In this document: in pieces, positions 56,124-64,000 of the stretch | Layout: the number at the start of each line of letters is the position of its first letter | How positions within the stretch are numbered: the first letter of the stretch is position 1 | Origin: a virus | Lineage: Duplodnaviria; Caudoviricetes | Length of the DNA: 64,000 nt | Direction: 5' to 3' (one strand) | Virus record (IMG/VR): IMGVR_UViG_3300021376_000006 | Notes under the pieces: generated by a model | Told to the model about the DNA's origin: nothing | Databases searched by the model: none | The model's input: the letters and a program-made list of their open reading frames with translations, nothing else | Translations under genes and position numbers: made by a program

Positions 56124-56501
56124 ATGGACGAACCCAACTACCAGCAGTTATTAAAAAAATATCCCTTTTTGACTTACCTTGTATATGGTGGCAATGAATA
56201 CATAGGCGTTATTCAAAACCTAGATGAAGTAATTACTACAATTTATGACTACGGTGCGCTTAGAACGCTAGAACAAAAACAACAATTTCTAGAGCTGGCA
56301 GAGACTTGGTGGTGGGAAAGCAACAGGCTGATACCTATCAATGTGTTCTTGAAAACAGAATGGACTCCGTTTAGAACTGTGGTTAAAACAATGAATTCAA
56401 AAGATGTGGAAATCAAGTTCGGCCCGCAAGTGAGCCTAAAAGAAATTGCCGCCAAACGTAGCAAGCGAAGAAGTATTACTCTAGTTAGAAAATTAGGTTA
56501 G
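56124..56501 (+). CDS. Conserved phage hypothetical protein
   Basis: YPFLT...EYIGVIQN...WWWESNRLIPIN.FL; one of few + strand genes. Confidence 0.8.
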   Translation: MDEPNYQQLLKKYPFLTYLVYGGNEYIGVIQNLDEVITTIYDYGALRTLEQKQQFLELAETWWWESNRLIPINVFLKTEWTPFRTVVKTMNSKDVEIKFGPQVSLKEIAAKRSKRRSITLVRKLG

Positions 56502-57091
56502 CTATAACTGTAACTGATTTGCTCGCATATTAAGTTCATATTAACCGCAACCAGATGTGCATATCCAACTGAATGCGACTTCTTGAAGTAGTAGCTGTCA
56601 TCTGCAGGACGCTTCCAGACTGACTCTGCAACTTCCTGCCATGTTCTACCAATCAAATGACGCTTGGCTGGACGTATCACTGCAAGAAACATAGCCAATC
56701 TAGGAATACTATCAACGGGCTCGGGCATTTTTGCTAGTGTATCGTAATGTGAACCAATGTGTATTAGTTGACTACAAAAATCTCTGGCCTGTAATAAATC
56801 CCACAAGGGCTCTTGATTCATTAACTCCTGTAAATGCTGATCATTTTTAATTTGTTGATATAACCCAACATTAAGAATATCTAATTTGATGTACCCTCGT
56901 TGTTCGGCAGCTTCATAGTCTAAACTTGCGCGACCAGTGTAAGGATCTACAGGAATATCTGTGAAGTAAACACCTGTATTGTGTTTTGTGATTTTTTCGT
57001 CGCGTACAATACTTGCGGCTATGTGTTTCAAGCAAGACAATGCTTGATCTCTATCAGCTACATCAATGTCGATATCACTGGAAAATTTCAT
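56498..57091 (-). CDS. dnaE: Miniaturised DNA polymerase III alpha (DnaE) core-like protein
   Basis: DIDID, KHNTGVY, GYIKLDILN, LAMFLAVIRP, YYFKKSHSVGYA in 197 aa. Confidence 0.75.
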   Translation of the reverse strand: MKFSSDIDIDVADRDQALSCLKHIAASIVRDEKITKHNTGVYFTDIPVDPYTGRASLDYEAAEQRGYIKLDILNVGLYQQIKNDQHLQELMNQEPLWDLLQARDFCSQLIHIGSHYDTLAKMPEPVDSIPRLAMFLAVIRPAKRHLIGRTWQEVAESVWKRPADDSYYFKKSHSVGYAHLVAVNMNLICEQISYSYS

Positions 57092-57786
57092 AGTCCAGCT
57101 TCCTTTAGCACATGTCTGCACCATTCTACATCGGCCACGTAATCCTTGAACTTACGATTCCAGTAATCAGGATCAATCCAAGGAAGAACAATGGCCAAAT
57201 GCTCTGTAGAAATAGACTCAAGAAACTCAATGCCACTATTGCAGTTATATACAAGCCAAGGGCTAACGCGACCAGTGGTAATATGATGACAAATCCTATT
57301 ATGATTGCCGTACTTAAAATAATGGCTGTAACTAGCAAGCCCACTATCTCCATTGGAGTATTCCTCCATTTGTTTGAGGCCGCGTTCGAGTGCGTCCTGC
57401 ACTGCTTCTCGTCTAACATATTCATGTAACCATTCTTCGTAAAATTTGTCTTTACACCAATGGTCTAATTTTTTGTTGTTCTTCAGTAACCAAGCTGTAT
57501 AGCTGTTGCTGTTAACACAGCGAATAGCAACCAAGTGTCTGCCGAACCTAACAAAAGCATTGTAATACGGACTTGTAACAAAGTCTGTATAACTCTTAAG
57601 CTGTGCGCTACCTTGTGTGGTTTCATAAAATTGTAGATACGCTCTAAGTCCAAACTGAACTCCTGTTTCGGTTTCCTGTTGCCAACGACGTTTTTCTGTA
57701 CAAAGATGTGCAGCAAGAGTACTTTCTTTGCTGTAACTTTTATTACAGTATTTACACTTATAGCTCGGCTTTGATTCTTCTGTCAT
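57088..57786 (-). CDS. C2H2 zinc-finger hypothetical protein
   Basis: YKCKYCNKSYSKESTLAAHLC. Confidence 0.7.
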   Translation of the reverse strand: MTEESKPSYKCKYCNKSYSKESTLAAHLCTEKRRWQQETETGVQFGLRAYLQFYETTQGSAQLKSYTDFVTSPYYNAFVRFGRHLVAIRCVNSNSYTAWLLKNNKKLDHWCKDKFYEEWLHEYVRREAVQDALERGLKQMEEYSNGDSGLASYSHYFKYGNHNRICHHITTGRVSPWLVYNCNSGIEFLESISTEHLAIVLPWIDPDYWNRKFKDYVADVEWCRHVLKEAGL

Positions 57787-58222
57787 CCCACCCGTGTTCC
57801 TTGGCAAGTTGTTTAAGATCTGCTGTGTCGTTGATTTTGGCAAGTAATTCTAATTCATCTTCTTTGCGCTCAGGGAATATTTGTCGCAGAAACTTTACCG
57901 CTTTATTATTCGAACCTTCACGCTTTTTTTGTTTGATCCAATCGTGCCTAAATGTACCCATGCCAGGACTGACTGTGGTAGCCAACAACCATTGTAATTC
58001 AGGATGTCGACTCAATTCAAAGAAGTGTTTGTTAAAATTTTCGTTGCAGGCAAGTAAATAATACTGTTGTAGTTCTGTACTGCCCTGTACACTGCTGCCC
58101 CATCTAATCATTAGGTAATTGCTAAATTTCTTTCGTTCTTCATCAGTGAGATCACGATAAAAGTTTCGATCTTTAGTATCAAAGGCTCGCATTTCGTTGG
58201 CAATGTTTAATTTGTCTGTCAT
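57758..58222 (-). CDS. Hypothetical protein, possibly clamp-loader small subunit (gp62-like)
   Basis: FSNYLMIRW...HPELQWLL...RHDWIK; replication-gene context; tentative. Confidence 0.4.
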   Translation of the reverse strand: MTDKLNIANEMRAFDTKDRNFYRDLTDEERKKFSNYLMIRWGSSVQGSTELQQYYLLACNENFNKHFFELSRHPELQWLLATTVSPGMGTFRHDWIKQKKREGSNNKAVKFLRQIFPERKEDELELLAKINDTADLKQLAKEHGWDDRRIKAEL

Positions 58223-58518
58223 ACTGGATGGTGTGGTACTGTGTCTTCCTGATTGCTTAACGTATATATAAGTTTAACACGATCTAAGGCATCTTGTAAA
58301 GCGGCATTTGTTTTTGCAGCACGATGAATGTTTTCCCAAAGCCTTTCTTCATGCAATTCTGAAAACATTTTTTCTGTATCATAATCCCTGCCAATCTCAA
58401 ATCTTTGATAAGGTGGGTCTCCTAGTTTACGTGCATAAACTATACCGTCTGCACGTTCGTATATGTAAGTAGCTCCAGGTTCTAATTGGCTCATATCACC
58501 AACATTTTGAATAATCAA
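58219..58518 (-). CDS. Conserved phage hypothetical protein
   Basis: YIYERADGIVYAR...ALQDAL. Confidence 0.7.
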   Translation of the reverse strand: MIIQNVGDMSQLEPGATYIYERADGIVYARKLGDPPYQRFEIGRDYDTEKMFSELHEERLWENIHRAAKTNAALQDALDRVKLIYTLSNQEDTVPHHPV

Positions 58519-58999
58519 CTACTTCGCTTTGTCTTGAAATGTCTTTAACAAAGTAGGCACACAAAGGTTTTTCAACACCGGTTTCCAATGGCACTGCTAA
58601 CAGTTGACCTGGTTTAAGTTTTGGAAAATACCATTTAACATCTTGATAAATGTCAACTATTTCTATTTTAGCAAATTCTGGTCTAAAGCTAGTTATAGGG
58701 TTAAAACAAAACACACTGAAGCCTCTATCATTAATACTGGTTAAAGGAACCACTTCTAGATCGCCTAGATCTGGTTCGCCGATCAACACATGCCAATCCA
58801 CTGGCATTTTAACTGTGTGATCGCCTATACGTAATACCAAAGCCGGGCTATTAAAACTTTCTAAAAAGATAAGAGGAATATAAAAGTAGTCAGGTGTTCT
58901 AGAATCTGAATTATCTAGCACAGCAAATCGTAAATCCTCTATTTCGTCCGGAACTTCATTTAGCTCATAAGCTGTATTGTCAAGTGTTAGTATTCTCAT
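58496..58999 (-). CDS. Conserved phage hypothetical protein
   Basis: MRILTLDN...DYFYIPLIFLESFNSPA...KWYFPK. Confidence 0.75.
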   Translation of the reverse strand: MRILTLDNTAYELNEVPDEIEDLRFAVLDNSDSRTPDYFYIPLIFLESFNSPALVLRIGDHTVKMPVDWHVLIGEPDLGDLEVVPLTSINDRGFSVFCFNPITSFRPEFAKIEIVDIYQDVKWYFPKLKPGQLLAVPLETGVEKPLCAYFVKDISRQSEVVDYSKCW

Positions 59000-59118
59000 T
59001 GTTGTAAAAGTAAAATTGCTGCTTTTTCTTGCCACCAACGAGCAATATCACGCATGTCAGTGCGATCTATCTGCACCCATTTTATGCCATTGCCTCGATC
59101 TTCAATTTGAAATATCAT
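58996..59118 (-). CDS. Small hypothetical protein (40 aa), possibly truncated
   Basis: Not in ORF track; MIFQIEDRGNGIKWVQIDRTDMRDIARWWQEKAAILLLQQ; ATGA overlaps both sides. Confidence 0.55.
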   Translation of the reverse strand: MIFQIEDRGNGIKWVQIDRTDMRDIARWWQEKAAILLLQQ

Positions 59119-60569
59119 TGCCATTCTGCCTTTTCTACAGTGAAAGGATAATTAGCCTCTTTATAAAAAGTTTTGCGTTTTGTTAAATGTCGTTTTGCGA
59201 ACTTACAGGTGGAGGTGATGTCCCAGATTTGAACAAAGTCCTTATCTTCTGCTCGACGTATGCCCCGCCCAATGCTTTGTATAACTCTAATAAAAGACTT
59301 CCCAGGCTCAATAAGAACAAGATTAAAAATACGGGGAATATTAATACCAACTGCTGCGACGCCGTAAGTAGCGATGATGATTTTGTTTGTTGCCTCTGCC
59401 ACTTCGTCATAGTGCTCTTTGCGCTCCCCGGCTTTAGTCGCCCCAGAAACAAACACACTGCCTGGTAGTCGTTTGGCTAATGCCCGTCCGGCGCTGATAC
59501 GATCTACCAATATAAGTGTGTTGCCCGAATCAACTATAGTACTTATCAAACGACCAATATAGTCAAGTCTTTCAGCAGTTTCTATTAGATATTTTAGTTC
59601 GCTTTGATAGTTGTTATATTCTTTGTGGTCCACTAACTGTACCACATTGACATGACACTGAGCCAAGTGTCCGGCTTCTTGTAGTTCGCTGGCGCTTAGT
59701 TGTCCTACTACAGGACCCAGCATGCAGTTGATGCTTTGTCTTGCGTAATCTTCTTTGGGTATGGTACCAGTCAAGCCCCAACGTATAGGAACCTGTGCAA
59801 ACGGTCCGCTCAGTAGTGCTTTTAATGCATCGGCTTTGGCCTGATGTACCTCGTCTACTATAACTGCTACTACACCCTCCAAGAACTCGCCTATAGTGAT
59901 ATCAGCCTCGGCGTTATTGGTCGTCTTTAATAAATTGTTTAAGCTTTGCCAAGTACATATAGTATGTGTTCTATTGTATTCTTTTCTATCTCCAAAATAC
60001 ACACCGGTATCTAATTCAAGATTAACAAAATCATCTTCTGTCTGTGTCACTAAACTTTTGTTAGGCACAATAACTATTGTACGCCCATACTGGCTCACAG
60101 AATCTGCCAGTGCTGCTGTGATGATAGTTTTACCGGCACCGGTGGCTACTTCCTGCACACACTGTGGATTGGCCAAAAATCTATTGATAATTTCTGGTTG
60201 ATAGTCTCGTAGTACTATAGGTTGGCCAGCCTTTGGATGATTTTGGGGCCACTGTTTGTGTTGATAAGTGTTTTCATCTACCGGAACAAATTCAAACGTG
60301 GTGCGATACTGTCTTGTATCCTCTACCTCAACATCGTAGCCTTGTTCATCAAGATAGGGCAGGATCTCTGGCAACAAGTTGATGTAAGTGGTGCCGCCAA
60401 GATTGAAGAAAGGAACCTTGCCATCCCAGCGTCCAAGTTTTACACTGGGTTGATAACGAGCGCCCGGTATTTCATATTTGTATCGTTTTACTAAGGCTGT
60501 CCTTGTGTTAAGTTCAAGGCCTTCAATTTTTACATTGACTTCGTCTTTGATTAATAATCGAGCCTGCAT
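59115..60569 (-). CDS. uvsW: SF2 helicase (UvsW-like)
   Basis: RDYQ, ATGAGKT, VDEVH, GLTGT, QSIGRGIR. Confidence 0.9.
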   Translation of the reverse strand: MQARLLIKDEVNVKIEGLELNTRTALVKRYKYEIPGARYQPSVKLGRWDGKVPFFNLGGTTYINLLPEILPYLDEQGYDVEVEDTRQYRTTFEFVPVDENTYQHKQWPQNHPKAGQPIVLRDYQPEIINRFLANPQCVQEVATGAGKTIITAALADSVSQYGRTIVIVPNKSLVTQTEDDFVNLELDTGVYFGDRKEYNRTHTICTWQSLNNLLKTTNNAEADITIGEFLEGVVAVIVDEVHQAKADALKALLSGPFAQVPIRWGLTGTIPKEDYARQSINCMLGPVVGQLSASELQEAGHLAQCHVNVVQLVDHKEYNNYQSELKYLIETAERLDYIGRLISTIVDSGNTLILVDRISAGRALAKRLPGSVFVSGATKAGERKEHYDEVAEATNKIIIATYGVAAVGINIPRIFNLVLIEPGKSFIRVIQSIGRGIRRAEDKDFVQIWDITSTCKFAKRHLTKRKTFYKEANYPFTVEKAEWQ

Positions 60570-61720
60570 TAGTTTTTACGCTTCATAGTTGCAACATTAT
60601 ACACTTCTGTAGCAAAGTATACAACCTTTTCTGCTCGTTGTAACAAAATAGTTTTGTCACCGCCATGCATCATGCCTTGGCCACTAATCAATAACGGTAT
60701 AGGTTCATCCCAAAGTGCAGTAAACTTGTTGAAGTAAACAACTTTTTTGTCAGTGATAAGATCTTTTTGTTTTAAACTTTGTGTCCGATAAATATCATCT
60801 TTATCAAAGCATTTAGCTACAAAATTGTTATACAGTCTTTCGCTCATGTCGGGTTCATAAACATAGATAGGATATCTGCCAACTGTGTCTGCGTACCGGA
60901 CAAGATCTTGAAACACAGTCTCATCACTGGTGGGTGCAAACTTGGTTTCTTGAGTAGTCATAAGATTGGCCACACGTGGTCCGTACTTGGAAACAATGTC
61001 TAAAACAAGCGGCTCATCCACTGTGTAACCGTATACAGCACTACGATCAATCAAATGCTCTAAATTAGTCCAGTCGTTGACAGCTTCAATCAAGGTACGA
61101 GCGGCGTTTGTGATAGTGTAACTTTCTTTAGTGTCCGCGATCAATTTGATTTCATATTGTTGTGATTCACAGTCTTCAACTGCCCGTATGTAACGTTCGA
61201 ATTCTGGTGCAAGTTCAAACTTGTGATTTTGTGCAAAGCCGTTGGCCGCTACCACATTCATTTCAGTCAAAGCCAATGCCCAGCTGCGATTTTGGCTATC
61301 AAATTTCCAACTGCCTTGGCTGACCATGGCCAAGTCTCTCAAGTCATTTATTAGTGTAGTATCGTACGGAAACTTTAACATAATGCTGTTGTTATCGATG
61401 TACAAAAGTCTACGTCGATCAATTTGTCTTATGCCCAATCTAAACGTAGGAGTTTCAACAGGACTAACATCAACCAAATGAGCAGCCAACTGTTTGCGAT
61501 ATTTGAGCACAATCTTGACTGCCAACTCTGCCTGTTTGTCTGTTAAAGCTCGCCCGCTTTGTGTAGCCTGACTCATGCTGTCTAAGATTTTAACATCGTA
61601 TCTGGCAAGGCTAATTATGGGCGGACGGCTATCAAACAAGCCGTACAACTTGCCAGTCACAATATCACGATCACCATTGATAACTTCGATATAATCTTCA
61701 ACTGACGGAAATTTTTTCAT
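60569..61720 (-). CDS. Hypothetical protein
   Basis: Starts MKKFPSVEDY; ALTDKQAELA; ATAAGTA upstream. Confidence 0.75.
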   Translation of the reverse strand: MKKFPSVEDYIEVINGDRDIVTGKLYGLFDSRPPIISLARYDVKILDSMSQATQSGRALTDKQAELAVKIVLKYRKQLAAHLVDVSPVETPTFRLGIRQIDRRRLLYIDNNSIMLKFPYDTTLINDLRDLAMVSQGSWKFDSQNRSWALALTEMNVVAANGFAQNHKFELAPEFERYIRAVEDCESQQYEIKLIADTKESYTITNAARTLIEAVNDWTNLEHLIDRSAVYGYTVDEPLVLDIVSKYGPRVANLMTTQETKFAPTSDETVFQDLVRYADTVGRYPIYVYEPDMSERLYNNFVAKCFDKDDIYRTQSLKQKDLITDKKVVYFNKFTALWDEPIPLLISGQGMMHGGDKTILLQRAEKVVYFATEVYNVATMKRKN

Positions 61721-61753
61721 AGTGTAAGTGTAATACTTATAAATGTAAAAGTC

Positions 61754-61778
61754 AAAAAAACCCCCGCCTAAGCGGGGC
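61754..61778 (-). terminator. Rho-independent terminator
   Basis: CCCCGC-TTAG-GCGGGG followed by T7. Confidence 0.9.
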
Positions 61779-61824
61779 AAAGAACCGGAGTAAAAGGAGC
61801 TATCAAAAACCCCGGGCGATCTGC
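61779..61824 (-). ncRNA. Candidate 3'-UTR hairpin RNA exposing an anti-SD loop
   Basis: CCGGGG-UUUUUGAUAGCUCCUUUUA-CUCCGG directly before terminator. Confidence 0.25.
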
Positions 61825-62862
61825 TTACGCAGATTTCATACAGGTTGATTGTGCAAGTGCCACCCACTTGGTAGGAAAACTCTTGTACAGCTGACCAATT
61901 TTTATAGCCATACGCAAGCTCATTTCACGTAGACTGTTCTTGTTAACGTTCATAAATTCAATGATCTCGTCCTGTGCAATATCACCAAGTTCAAGATCCG
62001 CAAACAGTTCACCAGAGCGAGCGATTTGGCGGATACGCAAGATCTTGTCGCGCATGGTGTCTAGTGTAAGGTCCAAGTAATGGCAGCGTGATTGCAGTGC
62101 ATCCAAGTGATCACGCAGTTTCTGGCTCTTCATTTTGTCGAACTTGAGGTTAGTAATAAAGATAACCGAACCTTTAAATTCAAAACTGTTAGGAATACCT
62201 TCGTCACGCAAGATACGCGATTCTGCGATCCATGATATCTTACGTTTCTTACCCGAGTCTAGAGCACCTTTAAGCAAGTTAAGGCACACATCATCAAGTA
62301 AAATACTGTCGCAGTCGTCGAACACAACCACGCAGTTTGGATCCGAATACTTGTATAAGGCTTGATACAAGCCGATAGCAGTGGCCGAACCTTTTACTAC
62401 TTCGGCTCTAAGACGACGGCCCGCGATTTGGTCGAACAAGCACGCCTTTTCAATCTCGGCTTCTACGCCATAACTCTTGCCCACACCCGGAGGACCGCTT
62501 ACGATCATAGCACGGATGTCACCGGTAGTAGCAGCCTTAGTCATCTCTGTCAGAATCTCAAAACGCCCGGCAATCTCAGCCATACGCTCTTCATCCGACT
62601 TCGAATCATTCACTACGGCAGCAACATCTGTATCCATTGCCACCACTTGGCCATCAAACTCATCGGAACTCACGAACTCGTAATCACTCATGCTATTAAC
62701 TTTGACACGGATATCTTCTGGGAAGCCAGGGAATTGGCCACCGTTCTTGACTGTGACATAGCCACCTTTGGCACCGGCCTTGTATTGTTCTACAAGTTGG
62801 AACACACGGTTGGATACATCGGTGGTGCGATATGCACCGGATCGAATTCTTACGAAACTCAT
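61825..62862 (-). CDS. AAA-type ATPase
   Basis: Walker A GPPGVGKS, Walker B VVFDDCD, FITN, ALQSRC. Confidence 0.85.
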   Translation of the reverse strand: MSFVRIRSGAYRTTDVSNRVFQLVEQYKAGAKGGYVTVKNGGQFPGFPEDIRVKVNSMSDYEFVSSDEFDGQVVAMDTDVAAVVNDSKSDEERMAEIAGRFEILTEMTKAATTGDIRAMIVSGPPGVGKSYGVEAEIEKACLFDQIAGRRLRAEVVKGSATAIGLYQALYKYSDPNCVVVFDDCDSILLDDVCLNLLKGALDSGKKRKISWIAESRILRDEGIPNSFEFKGSVIFITNLKFDKMKSQKLRDHLDALQSRCHYLDLTLDTMRDKILRIRQIARSGELFADLELGDIAQDEIIEFMNVNKNSLREMSLRMAIKIGQLYKSFPTKWVALAQSTCMKSA

Positions 62863-62903
62863 AACAGCTCCTGTAGTTGATGTTGTATTGTTATTATTCA
62901 AGT

Positions 62904-62932
62904 ATTATACGAAAAAACGGAATTAGTGTCAA
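62904..62932 (-). promoter_or_regulatory. Consensus sigma70 promoter
   Basis: TTGACA(62927-62932)-17-TATAAT(62904-62909). Confidence 0.9.
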
Positions 62933-62948
62933 GCACTAACTTTGCTCC

Positions 62949-63140
62949 TTATTTAAAAATTGCAGCGTTTACACTCTCACGAACACCGGTATTGCCGGCT
63001 TCATGTAAGCCACGCGCAGTTGAAATCATATCCATGATTTCGGTGACTTCGGTTAGAGTCCAGTGTAGTTGTTTTGCAGCAATTACAACACCATCCACTA
63101 CACGATTACCGTTATCGGTACTCATTCCGTAATGTATCAT
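62949..63140 (-). CDS. Early hypothetical protein
   Basis: AAGGAG SD, strong promoter cassette. Confidence 0.65.
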   Translation of the reverse strand: MIHYGMSTDNGNRVVDGVVIAAKQLHWTLTEVTEIMDMISTARGLHEAGNTGVRESVNAAIFK

Positions 63141-63203
63141 TTGGTACGCTCCTTATTAGTTACTATACCAATATTATAGCAAAATGGTAAATTATGGTCA
63201 ACG
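63141..63203 (-). promoter_or_regulatory. Early promoter cassette
   Basis: TTGACC(63196-63201)-17-TATAAT(63173-63178), GTATAGTAA, AAGGAGC. Confidence 0.85.
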
Positions 63204-63276
63204 GTTGTTATTTTTGCAACAAAAGTTGGTATCTTTGCAACAGTTGCTATCTTTGTAATGTTGCTAATCTTTTAAC
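63204..63276. repeat. Four tandem 17-bp imperfect palindromes (GTTG...CAAC)
   Basis: GTTGTTATTTTTGCAAC, GTTGGTATCTTTGCAAC, GTTGCTATCTTTGTAAT, GTTGCTAATCTTTTAAC. Confidence 0.75.
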
Positions 63277-63527
63277 GCATGCCAAATTTCCGGATTCGCA
63301 CCCAGGTAAATGCGATATAGCAATTTGTTGCGCCATACGCTAAACTCGTTGATCCTGTTCTCAAACCATATCAACAAATCATCCCTAAACCAAAGTGGAT
63401 TTAGTAGAAACATACATAGGATTACAAAAATAGGCGGAAACAGGACGGCTAGTATAGTCCAATGTACCACACGCATACGCCACCAGCGACCGCCTTCGGG
63501 AGTCATTGTCACGGTTTGTTTTTTCAT
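63264..63527 (-). CDS. Small membrane protein
   Basis: MKKQTV..., one TM; TGTATAAT-6-ATG. Confidence 0.7.
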   Translation of the reverse strand: MKKQTVTMTPEGGRWWRMRVVHWTILAVLFPPIFVILCMFLLNPLWFRDDLLIWFENRINEFSVWRNKLLYRIYLGANPEIWHALKD

Positions 63528-63553
63528 ACTGTTATTATACACTAACAAATCAA

Positions 63554-64000
63554 TTAGAACAATGCTTGATAACGCCAGAAATCGCTGGCTGCTGCAACAC
63601 CACTGCCTGGTTCAACTTTTATGCCTGTATCCAACATGGCCATTTCGGCTCCGGCAATTGCTGCCATAAGATGCACTTCATTCATATCACCCAGGTGACC
63701 AATACGGAATAACTTGCCTGCCATTCGGCTTAAGCCAGCACCCAAGCTCAAGTTATATCTCTTGTATGCTCGTGCAATTACATCAGCACCATTGATGCCA
63801 TTGGGCACCATGATGGCACTTACTGTATCCGAATACCATTTTGGCTCTTGAGCACATAGTTCTAGGCCCCAACCTTCTTGTACTGCTGCTCTTACACCTG
63901 CGGCCAGATAGTGATGTCGGCGTATGATGTTGTCGAGGCCTTCTTCGTTAATCATTTTTAACGATTCAATTAAGCCATATAACAAACTTAGTGCTGGTGT
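63554..64000 (-). CDS. sgaA: Class V aminotransferase (serine-glyoxylate type), 5' end outside window
   Basis: TPALSLLYGL..SL.MI.EEGL.N...RH, SDTVSAI.VP, LGAGL..MAGKLFRIGHLGD.NE. Confidence 0.85.
   Translation of the reverse strand, partial: TPALSLLYGLIESLKMINEEGLDNIIRRHHYLAAGVRAAVQEGWGLELCAQEPKWYSDTVSAIMVPNGINGADVIARAYKRYNLSLGAGLSRMAGKLFRIGHLGDMNEVHLMAAIAGAEMAMLDTGIKVEPGSGVAAASDFWRYQALF

Noticed and set aside
63204-63276. Mini CRISPR array
   Set aside because: Repeats are 17 bp with 0-4 nt gaps, so no spacers; no cas genes. The PD-(D/E)XK nuclease at 40377 lacks the Cas4 Cys cluster
1-64000. Bacterial chromosome or prophage, given dnaK, rpsU, aceA, iscUA, clpS
   Set aside because: These genes are interleaved with T4-like replication and virion genes and TAAATA promoters, lack their usual operon partners, and no integrase or att site is visible

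Overview
This 64 kb window is part of a large T4-superfamily-like myovirus genome, not a bacterial chromosome. Nearly all genes are on the minus strand and tightly packed. Evidence for phage origin: UvsW-type helicase, gp41/gp61-like helicase-primase pair, PAAR spike tip, tail fibre/baseplate genes, class Ia RNR with glutaredoxin, and TATAAATA late promoters throughout. It carries many host-like genes: dnaK, hsp20, clpS, ribosomal protein bS21, isocitrate lyase placed between nrdA and nrdB, serine-glyoxylate aminotransferase (partial), iscU/iscA, fatty-acid desaturase, UvsE, a PBP7-like peptidase, a type Va autotransporter, UDP-sugar dehydrogenase, an amidinotransferase and two radical SAM enzymes. 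A Gram-negative, probably proteobacterial, host is inferred. Reading the DNA directly added several things missing from the ORF track: ROSE-like RNA thermometer hairpins before both hsp20 and dnaK; many apparently leaderless genes, including bS21; micro-ORFs (entericidin-like, ArfA-like, Pro-rich, HTH); an array of small paralogues ending in FxLRW, one pseudogenised; duplicated early-promoter cassettes with a 17-bp operator-like repeat; a ~200 aa internally deleted DnaE core retaining all three catalytic Asp motifs; and genes with T4 capsid-targeting-like N-termini, including a nucleotidyltransferase and a ligase-fold protein. No tRNA, rRNA, CRISPR array, integrase or transposase was seen. All calls come from motif recognition by eye; no database searches were run.
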